DNA of 64,000 bases from a virus (lineage: Duplodnaviria > Caudoviricetes): IMG/VR virus record IMGVR_UViG_3300027991_000002, positions 1 to 64,000 of that record. One strand, written 5' to 3'. The translations under genes were made by a program, and so were the position numbers. The first letter of the stretch is position 1, and each line of letters starts with the position of its first letter. Under the pieces are notes generated by a model. The model searched no databases. It was not told the origin of the DNA and saw only the letters and a program-made list of their open reading frames with translations. Shown here piece after piece: positions 1 to 9,046 of the stretch.

Positions 1-279
1 TTTGCCGTCAAGGTACTTGAAAATTTTATCGAAGTAATTATAACTTGGCTCGTCATCGTCATCGAATGAAACAATGTACTTTCCTTTTGCGGCTTTGATT
101 AATTCATTCCTTTTGTACCCAGTAGTCCCATCTCCTTCATTGACAATTATCTCAACTGCATGGTCGTTTACTTGAAGATACAACTGCCCTAAAAGACGTT
201 GCAGTTTCTCCGCCCTTTCAGGCAGATGACAAATCAGTACCGATAGTGTCGGCTTGCTATGTGGTAGAACTATCTGCAA
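1..279 (-). CDS. Glycosyltransferase family 2 (GT-A fold), 5' part; runs off the window
   Basis: Manual translation: ..KPTLSVLICHLPERAEKLQRLL..KRNELIKAAKGKYIVSFDDDDE.. (GT2 N-terminal strand and DxD motif). No in-frame ATG; TTG at 279 assumed as start. Confidence 0.7.
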   Translation of the reverse strand, partial: MQIVLPHSKPTLSVLICHLPERAEKLQRLLGQLYLQVNDHAVEIIVNEGDGTTGYKRNELIKAAKGKYIVSFDDDDEPSYNYFDKIFKYLDGK

Positions 280-290
280 GCCGACATGGT

Positions 291-935
291 TTAGGTTAAG
301 GAAACTTCGTCTCCGACTTCTGCTGAGGACAGGTCTTCTGATACAAGAACAACTCCGCCATCGTCAGTACAGGAACTTCCTACAACTGTAAATGTTCCTG
401 CGTCACCAATATCTATACTTGTGCCGGGAGTAAGGAAGTTATCCACGCAACACGCTATCGTGATAGCATTGATACATAGATTTATCGCTGTTACCAAAAG
501 AGGATAGGAACACCATTCCAGTTCTTTGTGCTTGGCTTGGTTTACATTTCCTAAATCGTAAAGCACTTTAGCTGGCTTGCTGGCTTCGGGATATTTGTTG
601 ACTACTGCGTCCGTGTTTAACAGAGAGAGTTTTCCCATCGGCTTGCGGTCTATCTTGTTCACAAAGATAGCGGCAGGGAACATCGCGGTGTTCTGTGCAG
701 TGTCGGCTGTTGCCTGAATAGCCGTTTTGAGCGCATCTGCTGTTTGACTTACAATGTACCTTTCGGTAATCATTGATTGATTGTTGTAATAAAGAATAAA
801 AGCATGGTCGTTAAAAAAGTCATAATGCTCTGACGTAATTAACTTGATGTTTTCGATTCCTAAAAATTTTTGATACGGTGTGTTAGACGTATCGTTGTTA
901 TTAAATTTCAACACTGTAACTGAAAGTAAGCTCAT
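291..935 (-). CDS. Hypothetical protein, possibly virion-associated (214 aa)
   Basis: Long ORF co-oriented with the late genes; no motif recognised. Confidence 0.5.
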   Translation of the reverse strand: MSLLSVTVLKFNNNDTSNTPYQKFLGIENIKLITSEHYDFFNDHAFILYYNNQSMITERYIVSQTADALKTAIQATADTAQNTAMFPAAIFVNKIDRKPMGKLSLLNTDAVVNKYPEASKPAKVLYDLGNVNQAKHKELEWCSYPLLVTAINLCINAITIACCVDNFLTPGTSIDIGDAGTFTVVGSSCTDDGGVVLVSEDLSSAEVGDEVSLT

Positions 936-1034
936 GATTTTTTTGAGTCCCCGACTTTGGTTTCTTCGGGGGCTTGGGACAAAAATACGTTATGAGTTTT
1001 ATTTAGTATCACGTTATTTTAAAAGTTTTCAACA

Positions 1035-1868
1035 CTAATAATATAAAGTTTTCGGCTTATCCCTTCCCTCACTTTGTACTCTCGCCCATTCCCTTTGGGC
1101 TTGTTCGATTTCTTCTCCGCTCATTTCCATGTCCTGATGCTTGACCTGTTTGGCGTTTTCTTTTAAAGTAACTTTTGATTTATCTTCAATTACACACCAC
1201 ATTCCGAAACGGTGCATGGCATAGAGTTCGCCTACAAAATTCTGCGTATCGTACATAATCGGTTTCGCGCACCATGATGGAAAGAAAACAAAATCATTTT
1301 CTTTAAGCCCGTACCCTGTGAATTGGCTTCCGTTCATTCGTGGCACTTCATCATCAAATTCTACTTCCTGTTTACCTGTTATCTTGGTATTGATTAGCGG
1401 AGTGCCGATGTGCTTTACTATGCCGTAGGTTTTGGACTTTTCTTTGATGTGTTCGGTTAAAAAATTGGTCGGGGTGTCTATCGGTTCTACAAGCACATAA
1501 CCATTGACAGGTATTATTTTTTCTTCCCTGATGACAAAGTAAATATTCTCGTACCTGATGAAAAAATAAACATCCTCTCCGTCAATCCAATATCTGCTTT
1601 TGTTCCATGCGTCATCGTTGAAGTAATAAACTGCTAAATCTCCTTCTTGGAGTTCGTTGGTGGTTTCCCATTTCATCTTGTCTTTATAAAGAACTCCAAC
1701 GCTTTTTACTATTCCTGTTTGACATTTATGCGCTCCTGACTGATTAGGTTTGTTTAAGGTAGCGTCTGAAATAAATAAGGTGTTGTCGCGGTTTTTGTAG
1801 ATGCCACTGATTAGCTCCTCGCGAGTGCGATTTACCTTTATCATCACATAGTTGATTCCTGCTTTCAT
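1035..1868 (-). CDS. Co-chaperonin GroES/Cpn10-like protein with two tandem domains
   Basis: Two GroES-like units: NYVMIK..QTGIVKSVG..LQEGDLAVY and IPVNGYVLVEPI..YGIVKHIG..LKENDFVFF. Confidence 0.7.
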   Translation of the reverse strand: MKAGINYVMIKVNRTREELISGIYKNRDNTLFISDATLNKPNQSGAHKCQTGIVKSVGVLYKDKMKWETTNELQEGDLAVYYFNDDAWNKSRYWIDGEDVYFFIRYENIYFVIREEKIIPVNGYVLVEPIDTPTNFLTEHIKEKSKTYGIVKHIGTPLINTKITGKQEVEFDDEVPRMNGSQFTGYGLKENDFVFFPSWCAKPIMYDTQNFVGELYAMHRFGMWCVIEDKSKVTLKENAKQVKHQDMEMSGEEIEQAQREWARVQSEGRDKPKTLYY

Positions 1869-2071
1869 TTATCCTTCCACATATCTATGAGTGTGTTGAA
1901 ATATATCTTGTCCTCTTTTTCGGGGTCATCTTCTGAAATTTCATACCTGTGATCTTCAAGTGATTTTCTGGAGTCAATCAAACTAAAAAATAAATCGTCA
2001 AATTCTTTAACAGATATTTCGTTGTTTCTTAATCTTATTCCCGCCTGACGGAGTTCGGATGCTATACTCAT
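1865..2071 (-). CDS. Hypothetical protein (68 aa)
   Basis: ORF with 4-nt start/stop overlaps to both neighbours. Confidence 0.55.
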   Translation of the reverse strand: MSIASELRQAGIRLRNNEISVKEFDDLFFSLIDSRKSLEDHRYEISEDDPEKEDKIYFNTLIDMWKDK

Positions 2072-2334
2072 ACTTCCCTGAATAAAATCTTATTTCTTTT
2101 TTCCTCGAACTCTCCTCTCATTTCTTCGTTCTTCAAAATAAACTTGTTGTTTTCTGTTTTGAAGTTTCCGTTTTCAATGACTACATACTCATTTAAGATT
2201 TTTGCTAATTCGTCATTGGCTCTTTTTATTGCAAATCCGAATTGCTTGTCGAAGTTTTTAACTTTACCTCTGTTTAAATAAACAAGGGCTGGCGTGAATC
2301 CGTTTTGGATTAAGAGAAGGTCTTGGACTGTCAT
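2068..2334 (-). CDS. Hypothetical protein (88 aa)
   Basis: ORF coupled to the downstream gene. Confidence 0.55.
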   Translation of the reverse strand: MTVQDLLLIQNGFTPALVYLNRGKVKNFDKQFGFAIKRANDELAKILNEYVVIENGNFKTENNKFILKNEEMRGEFEEKRNKILFREV

Positions 2335-2355
2335 TATACTTGGGGAGATGAGGGG

Positions 2356-2490
2356 TTATCTTTTTTTTCCACGCAAAAGTTTATCGAGCGCGATACGAAT
2401 AAGTTCTGATGCTGACCGCGCCCGATGGTTGATTTGCACCGTTCTGTTATTTATTTTTTCCGCGTGTTCGGGCGTGAATGTATGAGTCAT
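2356..2490 (-). CDS. Small ribbon-helix-helix/CopG-like DNA-binding protein
   Basis: MTHTFTPEHAEKINN..SASELIRIALDKLL; ATG at 2490 preferred over the longer track start. Confidence 0.45.
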   Translation of the reverse strand: MTHTFTPEHAEKINNRTVQINHRARSASELIRIALDKLLRGKKR

Positions 2491-2560
2491 TTTTATCACG
2501 GCACAAACATACATATAAATACCGACATCGCAATATATTTTATTTTCAATCTTTACTAAA

Positions 2561-2599
2561 AATATTTCTTGCATTATGTACGAGTATGTATTAAATTTG
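2561..2599 (+). promoter_or_regulatory. Bacteroidota-type promoter (-33/-7)
   Basis: AATATTTCTTGCAT 2561-2574 and TAAATTTG 2592-2599, just before ATG 2603. Confidence 0.65.
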
Positions 2600-2602
2600 C
2601 AA

Positions 2603-2995
2603 ATGTTTTTATCTAAAACCGCGCCTAATACTTATCGCGCAATTTATAATGAAGACATCTCGAAAGATAATGAGATTAAAATCGGCAGTGTCGGTAGGTG
2701 GACTAAATCTTCTCTGCGTAGCATTGAACAGAATCGCGGGTATTGGGCTGTTATCATCCCGCAGATTATCCGACAACTTGACGCGCGGGGAACGCAATTC
2801 CCGATTGGCTTCGAGAAAGAAGATGTGGTTCACGGACTGTTACACAAACTATTTTTGACCGCAGAGTTTATGGGAAAAGAAATTACAATCTCTACTGCTA
2901 AACTAAGTAAAGACCAAACATCTGAATATTGGGAGAGAATATCTTTATGGTACGCGGAAACTTTTCAAGAGGAATTAATCATGCCTAAGAAATAA
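2603..2995 (+). CDS. NinB-like recombination protein
   Basis: RSIEQNRGYWAVII matches the NinB RSxxQNxxxW motif; C-terminal STAKLSK..SEYWERI. Confidence 0.55.
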   Translation: MFLSKTAPNTYRAIYNEDISKDNEIKIGSVGRWTKSSLRSIEQNRGYWAVIIPQIIRQLDARGTQFPIGFEKEDVVHGLLHKLFLTAEFMGKEITISTAKLSKDQTSEYWERISLWYAETFQEELIMPKK

Positions 2996-3000
2996 TACCA

Positions 3001-3213
3001 ATGACAAAAGAAGCAGGTAAATTTTTTGCCGATTACTTTCATATAAAAGAAAGCGAAGCAGTTGACTGTAATCACATGACACTTGATTGCATGGACGAGT
3101 TCGATAAACAAGAAGCTATTGAATTTGCAGAGTGGATTCTTAGTAAAAGATATGTTCCTGAAATTTCAGCAGGAGATTTATACAATGAGTTCCTTAAACA
3201 GAAACAGAAATGA
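3001..3213 (+). CDS. Hypothetical protein (70 aa)
   Basis: ORF in a tightly packed operon. Confidence 0.55.
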   Translation: MTKEAGKFFADYFHIKESEAVDCNHMTLDCMDEFDKQEAIEFAEWILSKRYVPEISAGDLYNEFLKQKQK

Positions 3214-3464
3214 CAAACAACATGAAAAAGATTTGCAGAAATTGTAAACAGCCCGATTATAAATGTAGTTGTGGTGAAACTGATTTGGTTGATGCCGCGT
3301 TTGCGGTTGCCGAAGGAATTATCGAAGCGGAAATCATTTCTTCGCTGTTCGATTCATTCACATCTTCGAGCGACTCGTCAAGTTCATCCTCTGATTCTTC
3401 GTCAGGATTTGACGGCTTTGGTGGCGGGGATTTTGGCGGAGGCGGTGCGGACGGAAGTTGGTAA
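3210..3464 (+). CDS. Hypothetical protein with Cys-rich N-terminus and Ser/Gly-rich tail
   Basis: CRNCKQPDYKCSC; ends GFDGFGGGDFGGGGADGSW. Confidence 0.6.
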   Translation: MTNNMKKICRNCKQPDYKCSCGETDLVDAAFAVAEGIIEAEIISSLFDSFTSSSDSSSSSSDSSSGFDGFGGGDFGGGGADGSW

Positions 3465-3526
3465 TCAAAGAACAATTTTGAGAGAGTAAATATACAAAAA
3501 TAAATATTAAATTACTGTGAAGAAAA

Positions 3527-3627
3527 GCAGACGTGGTGAAACGGTAAACACACCTGAACACGAGTACCCAAAGACGTTTGGCGAAACTCAGTAAGGCACA
3601 CTGGAGGTTCGAGTCCTTCCGTCTGTA
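3527..3627 (+). ncRNA. tRNA-like RNA with an expanded anticodon-arm insert
   Basis: Acceptor GCAGACG/CGTCTGT, D arm GTG-AAACGGTAAA-CAC, T arm GGAGG-TTCGAGT-CCTTC. Stem CTGA/TCAG closes a 30-nt insert instead of a 7-nt loop. Confidence 0.65.
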
Positions 3628-3856
3628 CAAAATTTTCGACAACAGAAAGAAAGTGGACGATGAGTGAATTGAAATTGTTGATAAAATAGTTTTCAACATT
3701 TGTAACATTCGTGTTTTGTTGACGTAATATTGCAACGTAATTTTTAAATAGAATCTGTGATGCCAAAAAAATATTTAAGAAAAAGTCAGCACGATGGGGT
3801 TAGCGTTTCGTCACAGATTCCGCGCCCCGTTGTGTCTGATGATAAAATCTGTGACT

Positions 3857-5248
3857 ATGATTACTTTACGTCCCAACCAAGTTGAGCCAACCGATATAGG
3901 TATTCGGTTTTTCCAAAAGAGCGAGCCGCTCCCCTCTATTATTGTCGCGCCAACAGCTTTCGGAAAGTCAATAGTGATTGCAAAAATTGCCGAGAGCGTA
4001 GAAGATAATTTACTTATTCTGCAACCCTCAAAGGAATTGCTCGAACAAAATTTCGGGAAGTACATTGCGCTTGGCGGTCATGCCGCGATTTATTCCGCGT
4101 CTTTCAACTCTCGAAAAATCGGTGACGTCACTTACGCAACCATCGGTTCGATTAAAAAACTTGGCGCACACTTCAAAGAACTTGGCTTTACCAAAATGAT
4201 TATTGACGAGGCACATCTCTATCCGAGAGAGTCCGATTCGATGCTCGGAAAATTTTTAGCCGACAGTCAGATAACTCACGTGCTTGGTTTAACCGCAACC
4301 CCTTTAAAACTTCAAACTAATTTCGATGCAGGTGGAAATCCGTTTTCAAAATTAGTCATGCTTACGAGCAAGAGCAAGAAAGGAAACTTCTTCAAAGATA
4401 TAATTTACGTTTCACAAATACAAGAGATGGTTGAATTAAATTTTTGGAGTAAAATTGAATATGAGCAGTACGATATTGATGAATCAGGATTAGTTTACAA
4501 TTCCACCAAAGCTGAATTTACAGAGGAGAGTATTCGCGCTGTTTATAAATCCAACAACTTAGAAAAAATGATTCGGGCAAAGTTGGATGAGGTAAGCCAC
4601 AGGAAAAGCGTTGCTGTTTTTGTTCCGTCCGTTGCCGAAGCGCGGGAGCTTGCCGAAGCCATACCAAACTCCGTTGCTATATACGGAAATATGCCAGCCA
4701 AAGAAAGAACGGCAGCCGTTAAAGGATTTAAGTCAGGAAGCATAAAAACTGTTTTCAATGTCAATGTTTTGTCCGTTGGGTTCGACCATCCCGAACTCGA
4801 CACTATCATCTGCGCTCGTTCTACTGCCTCACTTGCGTGGTTCTATCAGGCAATGGGCAGAGGCACTCGTATCGCTCCGAACAAAAAGGATTGTTTGATT
4901 GTGGACTTCTCCGGCAACGTAAGGCGGTTCGGTAAAATTGAGAAGTTGTATTACAAAAAAGAAAATATCTGGAAGTTATACGGTGAGGGAGGTAAGCTGA
5001 TAACAGGATGCCCGATACACGAACTCGGTGAGCGAACAGAGTCATCCGAAGTATTGCGTGAAAAAGCAAAAACCGAACCGATACTAACCTTTGGGCAGCA
5101 CAAAGGCAAGCATATAGCCGATGTCCCCGAAGATTACCGTAAATGGATGATGTCTGATAGGTTTGAATGGAACAAGTGGAATATTCACATAAAAAAGTAC
5201 ATTGAAAAAAATCTTATGCCTAAAAAAGAGGAGGTTATCAATGGGTAA
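3857..5248 (+). CDS. SF2 (DEAH-type) DNA helicase with a C-terminal DUF3820-like domain
   Basis: APTAFGKS (I), IIDEAH (II), TAT (III), LSVGFDHP (V), QAMGRGTR (VI); C-terminal LTFGQHKGKHIADVPEDYRKW. Confidence 0.85.
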   Translation: MITLRPNQVEPTDIGIRFFQKSEPLPSIIVAPTAFGKSIVIAKIAESVEDNLLILQPSKELLEQNFGKYIALGGHAAIYSASFNSRKIGDVTYATIGSIKKLGAHFKELGFTKMIIDEAHLYPRESDSMLGKFLADSQITHVLGLTATPLKLQTNFDAGGNPFSKLVMLTSKSKKGNFFKDIIYVSQIQEMVELNFWSKIEYEQYDIDESGLVYNSTKAEFTEESIRAVYKSNNLEKMIRAKLDEVSHRKSVAVFVPSVAEARELAEAIPNSVAIYGNMPAKERTAAVKGFKSGSIKTVFNVNVLSVGFDHPELDTIICARSTASLAWFYQAMGRGTRIAPNKKDCLIVDFSGNVRRFGKIEKLYYKKENIWKLYGEGGKLITGCPIHELGERTESSEVLREKAKTEPILTFGQHKGKHIADVPEDYRKWMMSDRFEWNKWNIHIKKYIEKNLMPKKEEVING

Positions 5249-5990
5249 GGACAGTTATTGGTTCAGGCACGACTCAACCGCAGGACGCGGATTGCGCCTC
5301 CGAAAAATCGCTCATATCTACGGGCATTGGGGAAAGGGTATCTATTGGGACGTTATAGAAATATTGCGAGAACAGGATAATTATTGCCATTTAAAGGACG
5401 ATTCCTCACTTCAAATGTTATGTTCGTTAATTGGTTGTACTGACACCACAAAATTCGTAAATTGGTATAAAGATTGCATTAAAATTGACCTTTTGCAAGA
5501 AGATGCCAGTTCATTTTTTTCTTCTGTTTTGCGAAAAAATATGGGTTTTTGGGAAAAGCAAAAACGTAATGGAGGGCTATCGTCAGGAAATAAAGAGCCA
5601 AAGCATAGCCAAAGCATAGCCAAACTTAAGCCAACTAAAAGCCAAAGTAAAGCCAAAGTAAAGCCAAAGCATAACATAATAGGAGATAATATAATAATAA
5701 AGAATAAGATTAAAAAGGAGCAGTTGCTATTTTCTTCTTCTCCTTTTTTCGATAAGGTAGAGTTTGCGAAGGCGTTAGCGGGGTGGTCGAAGGACAAACT
5801 TAAGTACTACTACGACTCCGCGTTGACTTGGAGCAACGAAGGAAATAGCAAAAAGGATTGGATAGCTACGGTCAAAACTTGGGCAGCGCGGGACGAGAAG
5901 CTGGGAAAACTTAAATTCCAACCAGATAAAATAGAAACTCTAACAGCACCAGCGATTGACGCTGATGATTTTTACGACAGACGAAAATGA
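5241..5990 (+). CDS. Replication initiator (DUF4373/Lin1244-like N-terminus)
   Basis: YWFRHDS..GIYWDVIEILREQ, internal iterons, located next to the primase-helicase. Confidence 0.65.
   Translation: MGKDSYWFRHDSTAGRGLRLRKIAHIYGHWGKGIYWDVIEILREQDNYCHLKDDSSLQMLCSLIGCTDTTKFVNWYKDCIKIDLLQEDASSFFSSVLRKNMGFWEKQKRNGGLSSGNKEPKHSQSIAKLKPTKSQSKAKVKPKHNIIGDNIIIKNKIKKEQLLFSSSPFFDKVEFAKALAGWSKDKLKYYYDSALTWSNEGNSKKDWIATVKTWAARDEKLGKLKFQPDKIETLTAPAIDADDFYDRRK
5596..5672. repeat. Seven tandem 11-bp iterons (AGCCAAAGYAW-like); probable replication origin
   Basis: agccaaagcat x2, agccaaactta, agccaactaaa, agccaaagtaa x2, agccaaagcat, followed by an AT-rich tract. Confidence 0.75.
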
Positions 5991-7837
5991 AGGAAATAGC
6001 CGTAAAATATTATGAACTTGGGCTTTCGGTTATTCCGATAAGCGAAGATAAAATTCCTACTATCAAATGGAAAGTTAATACCGAGCAGTTAATTTCGCCA
6101 AACGGAAATTTTAATTCGGTGTATGGCGTTGGAATTGTAGCCGGAAGTGTTTCAGGAAACTTAGAGTGCATTGACATTGATTGCAAGTATGACCTGACAG
6201 GGACTTTGTATGAAGATTACAAAAACGCCATTAACGATGCTGACAATGAGTTATTAAAAAAACTTGTCGTTGTAAAAACTCCGAGTGGTGGCTATCACTT
6301 CATTTACAGGTGCGAAAAAATAGACGGAAATAAGAAATTAGCAAAAAGATACGCAAACGAAGAAGAAAAAAAACTTAAAGAAAAAGAAAAGGTTTTGATT
6401 GAAACAAGGGGAGAGGGAGGATATTTTGCCTGTTATCCAACCCCTAAATATGAGTTTATTTACAAAGATTTTACACAAATTTCAACGATAACGGCAGATG
6501 AAAGGGACACGTTAATTGAGTGTGCGAAGGTTTTTAACGAAGTGGTCACTCAATCCCGAACATCGAAAAGTTACACTTCTTCTGAAAACGTATTTACACG
6601 ATTTAACGCCACAGGTGATGTAGAAAAAATATTAGAAGAATCAGGATGGACTTTTAAGGGTATTTGCAGAGGAAACAGGATGTACTTGCGCCCGAATGGA
6701 GAAAAAAAGTGGAGCGCAGGGTATCATCCTGACTCAAAGTTATTCAGAGTTTTCACGCAATCAAGTGAATTTGATAATGATACGACTTACAATCCGAGTC
6801 AGGTATTGGCTTACATAAAATTCAATAAAGATTTTTCAGAAACAGCTAAATGGCTTCAAAACAATGGATATGGAGATAGATTTACAGAAACTACCATAAC
6901 TTCGGAATTAAATTTCTTGGCATCAAAATACGAAACCGATGCTTATATAGAGCAAATCCGCAACGGAACTTTTCAGATGGGACTTACCACAGGTCACGCT
7001 TCGCTTGATAAACATTGGCTTTTTAAGCCGTCACAACTTGTGATGATGCTTGGGCATGATAACATAGGAAAATCCGTTTGCGCGTGGTATTTTGCAGTAA
7101 AAAGCGCGAAACTCCATAATTGGAAATGGGTAATATGGTCAGGAGAGAACAAAACAGGCGGGATTAAAAAAAAAATGATTGAATATTACTTTGTAAAGAA
7201 AATTGAGGACTTGACCACATCAGAATTAGCGCAAGGCAGAAAATGGTTTGACGAACATTTTGCAATTATTGACAATGATAATATTTACACCTACAAAGAC
7301 ATGATTGCAATGGGTAAAAAGTTGATGGAGAAAGAACACTACGACTATTTTTTAATTGACCCGTACAATGGTCTTTTAAAAGAGGATGAAAACGAGCATC
7401 AATACGATTACAAGGCAATGTTGGAGTTTCGGTTATTCATAAAACAAACGCATTGTGGAATTTTCCTGAATGTTCACGCAATTACAGAGGCATTACGCAG
7501 AGTTTATCCGAAAGGACACCGATGGGAGGGACACCCGATGCCACCGCGAAAGTCAGACGCGGAAGGCGGAGGAAAGTTCTGTAATAAAGCAGACGATTTT
7601 ATAGTTGCTCACCGCATGGTTCAGCATCCCGACTTATGGATGGACATGGAACTGCACATAGTTAAAATCAAAGAGGCGGAGTCGGGCGGAAAACACACAA
7701 ATTTGGATAATCCTGTAATTTTAAAGATGATGCGCGGGTCGGTAGGATATGAAGAAACAACAAATTATTCTCCTCCGGCAATCCGAGATTATACCGAGCC
7801 AACACAACTTGAAGATTCACCCGAACCGCCATTCTAA
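5987..7837 (+). CDS. Primase-helicase (prim-pol N-terminus plus SF4 DnaB-like helicase)
   Basis: GNLECIDID, KTPSGGYHFIY, IETRGEGGY; Walker A GHDNIGKS; FLIDPYN. Confidence 0.8.
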   Translation: MKEIAVKYYELGLSVIPISEDKIPTIKWKVNTEQLISPNGNFNSVYGVGIVAGSVSGNLECIDIDCKYDLTGTLYEDYKNAINDADNELLKKLVVVKTPSGGYHFIYRCEKIDGNKKLAKRYANEEEKKLKEKEKVLIETRGEGGYFACYPTPKYEFIYKDFTQISTITADERDTLIECAKVFNEVVTQSRTSKSYTSSENVFTRFNATGDVEKILEESGWTFKGICRGNRMYLRPNGEKKWSAGYHPDSKLFRVFTQSSEFDNDTTYNPSQVLAYIKFNKDFSETAKWLQNNGYGDRFTETTITSELNFLASKYETDAYIEQIRNGTFQMGLTTGHASLDKHWLFKPSQLVMMLGHDNIGKSVCAWYFAVKSAKLHNWKWVIWSGENKTGGIKKKMIEYYFVKKIEDLTTSELAQGRKWFDEHFAIIDNDNIYTYKDMIAMGKKLMEKEHYDYFLIDPYNGLLKEDENEHQYDYKAMLEFRLFIKQTHCGIFLNVHAITEALRRVYPKGHRWEGHPMPPRKSDAEGGGKFCNKADDFIVAHRMVQHPDLWMDMELHIVKIKEAESGGKHTNLDNPVILKMMRGSVGYEETTNYSPPAIRDYTEPTQLEDSPEPPF

Positions 7838-8058
7838 TGCAACCAACCCTCCACCGCTGGTGGTATTGCAACCAAACATTTCGCGTAAAAGGACAGGAAT
7901 TTACCTATCTTGAAGCGGACTTTGACGACAACCGAGAATCAATAATCAGGTTCACAGACGGCAAGAAACGCTATACAATGCCAGAAACAGAGTTTTTTAA
8001 AAAAGTTTCAACATTAAAATTTGAATTACCTAAACCCGAACTCCTGCTAACCCGATGA
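7837..8058 (+). CDS. Hypothetical protein (73 aa)
   Basis: ORF coupled to the primase stop codon. Confidence 0.5.
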   Translation: MQPTLHRWWYCNQTFRVKGQEFTYLEADFDDNRESIIRFTDGKKRYTMPETEFFKKVSTLKFELPKPELLLTR

Positions 8059-8075
8059 ACTAAAAATAAAAAACT

Positions 8076-8471
8076 ATGAAAAAAAAAATCACAATTCTAT
8101 TCATGCTGACATTCAGCAGTTTGTTTGCGCAAATCAAACCTGAAAATATTGCTGTTGTTAGAAAGGTCGAATATTACACTTGGTACAAAGATACGACTAT
8201 TTGGACAACTGAAACAGTCACACATGGTGCAGGAAGCGGGGCGGTTGGCGGGGCGATACTTGGACATCTCTTGTTCGATATGCCTGTTACGGGCGCAATA
8301 ATCGGGGCTGCTGCCAATACCAAAATAGAAACATATCCCGTTCAAAAAGTCATACAAATTCCATTTAATGGCTATAAAGTTACTTTGAATGACGGATATT
8401 GGTTTAAAACATTTCATCAATATTCGCAATATGAAGTTGTGGATAAATCTAAACTTGATATTTGGAAGTGA
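8076..8471 (+). CDS. Exported glycine-zipper protein
   Basis: Signal peptide MKKKITILFMLTFSSLFA; GAVGGAILG..GAIIGAAA. Confidence 0.6.
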   Translation: MKKKITILFMLTFSSLFAQIKPENIAVVRKVEYYTWYKDTTIWTTETVTHGAGSGAVGGAILGHLLFDMPVTGAIIGAAANTKIETYPVQKVIQIPFNGYKVTLNDGYWFKTFHQYSQYEVVDKSKLDIWK

Positions 8472-8545
8472 AATTTAGGACGCACTCCTCCAAAGCACTT
8501 ATTCCACCACCCAAACATTTAAACTCCAAAATCGAAAGGAAAATC

Positions 8546-8908
8546 ATGTCAGTTAAAAGAATACAACGAAAGAGAACTCTTGGGTGGAAGATGCCCGAAA
8601 ATACTGTTTATGTCGGACGCGGGACGAAGTGGGGAAATCCGTTTGCGGTTGGGAAGTCCATTCCGAAACATTGGGAAAGTGTTTTTGACGATGCGGATAA
8701 ATTTCACTACTTCAAATGGATGGGCGATGTCGAAACAAATGAGGAGGCGGTTTATCTATTCAAAAAATATTGTATTCCATCGGTAGATGAACTCGAAATT
8801 AAGGAGTTACGCGGAAAAAATTTAGCTTGCTGGTGCAAAGAGAAAGAAAGATTTTGCCATGCAGATGAACTTTTAAAAATTGCCAATACTGAACTGACTG
8901 TTAAATGA
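8546..8908 (+). CDS. DUF4326-family protein
   Basis: VYVGRGTKWGNPF..LRGKNLACWC..CHAD. Confidence 0.7.
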   Translation: MSVKRIQRKRTLGWKMPENTVYVGRGTKWGNPFAVGKSIPKHWESVFDDADKFHYFKWMGDVETNEEAVYLFKKYCIPSVDELEIKELRGKNLACWCKEKERFCHADELLKIANTELTVK

Positions 8909-9046
8909 AACCCGAAGAAAGAAGATTAAAGCAATGGCGCAACGGAAAGCGAACATTTACCGAATGGTTGCGCGACCCAAAATGCACATTACTTATAAAC
9001 AACATGGATTTTCCTGAGCCAATAATTTTTAAAAAGCTAAAGTCGC

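Noticed and set aside
3558-3564. Canonical tRNA-Arg(ACG)
   Set aside because: The bases after this loop (TACCC) do not pair with CCTGA, and there is no U at position 33.
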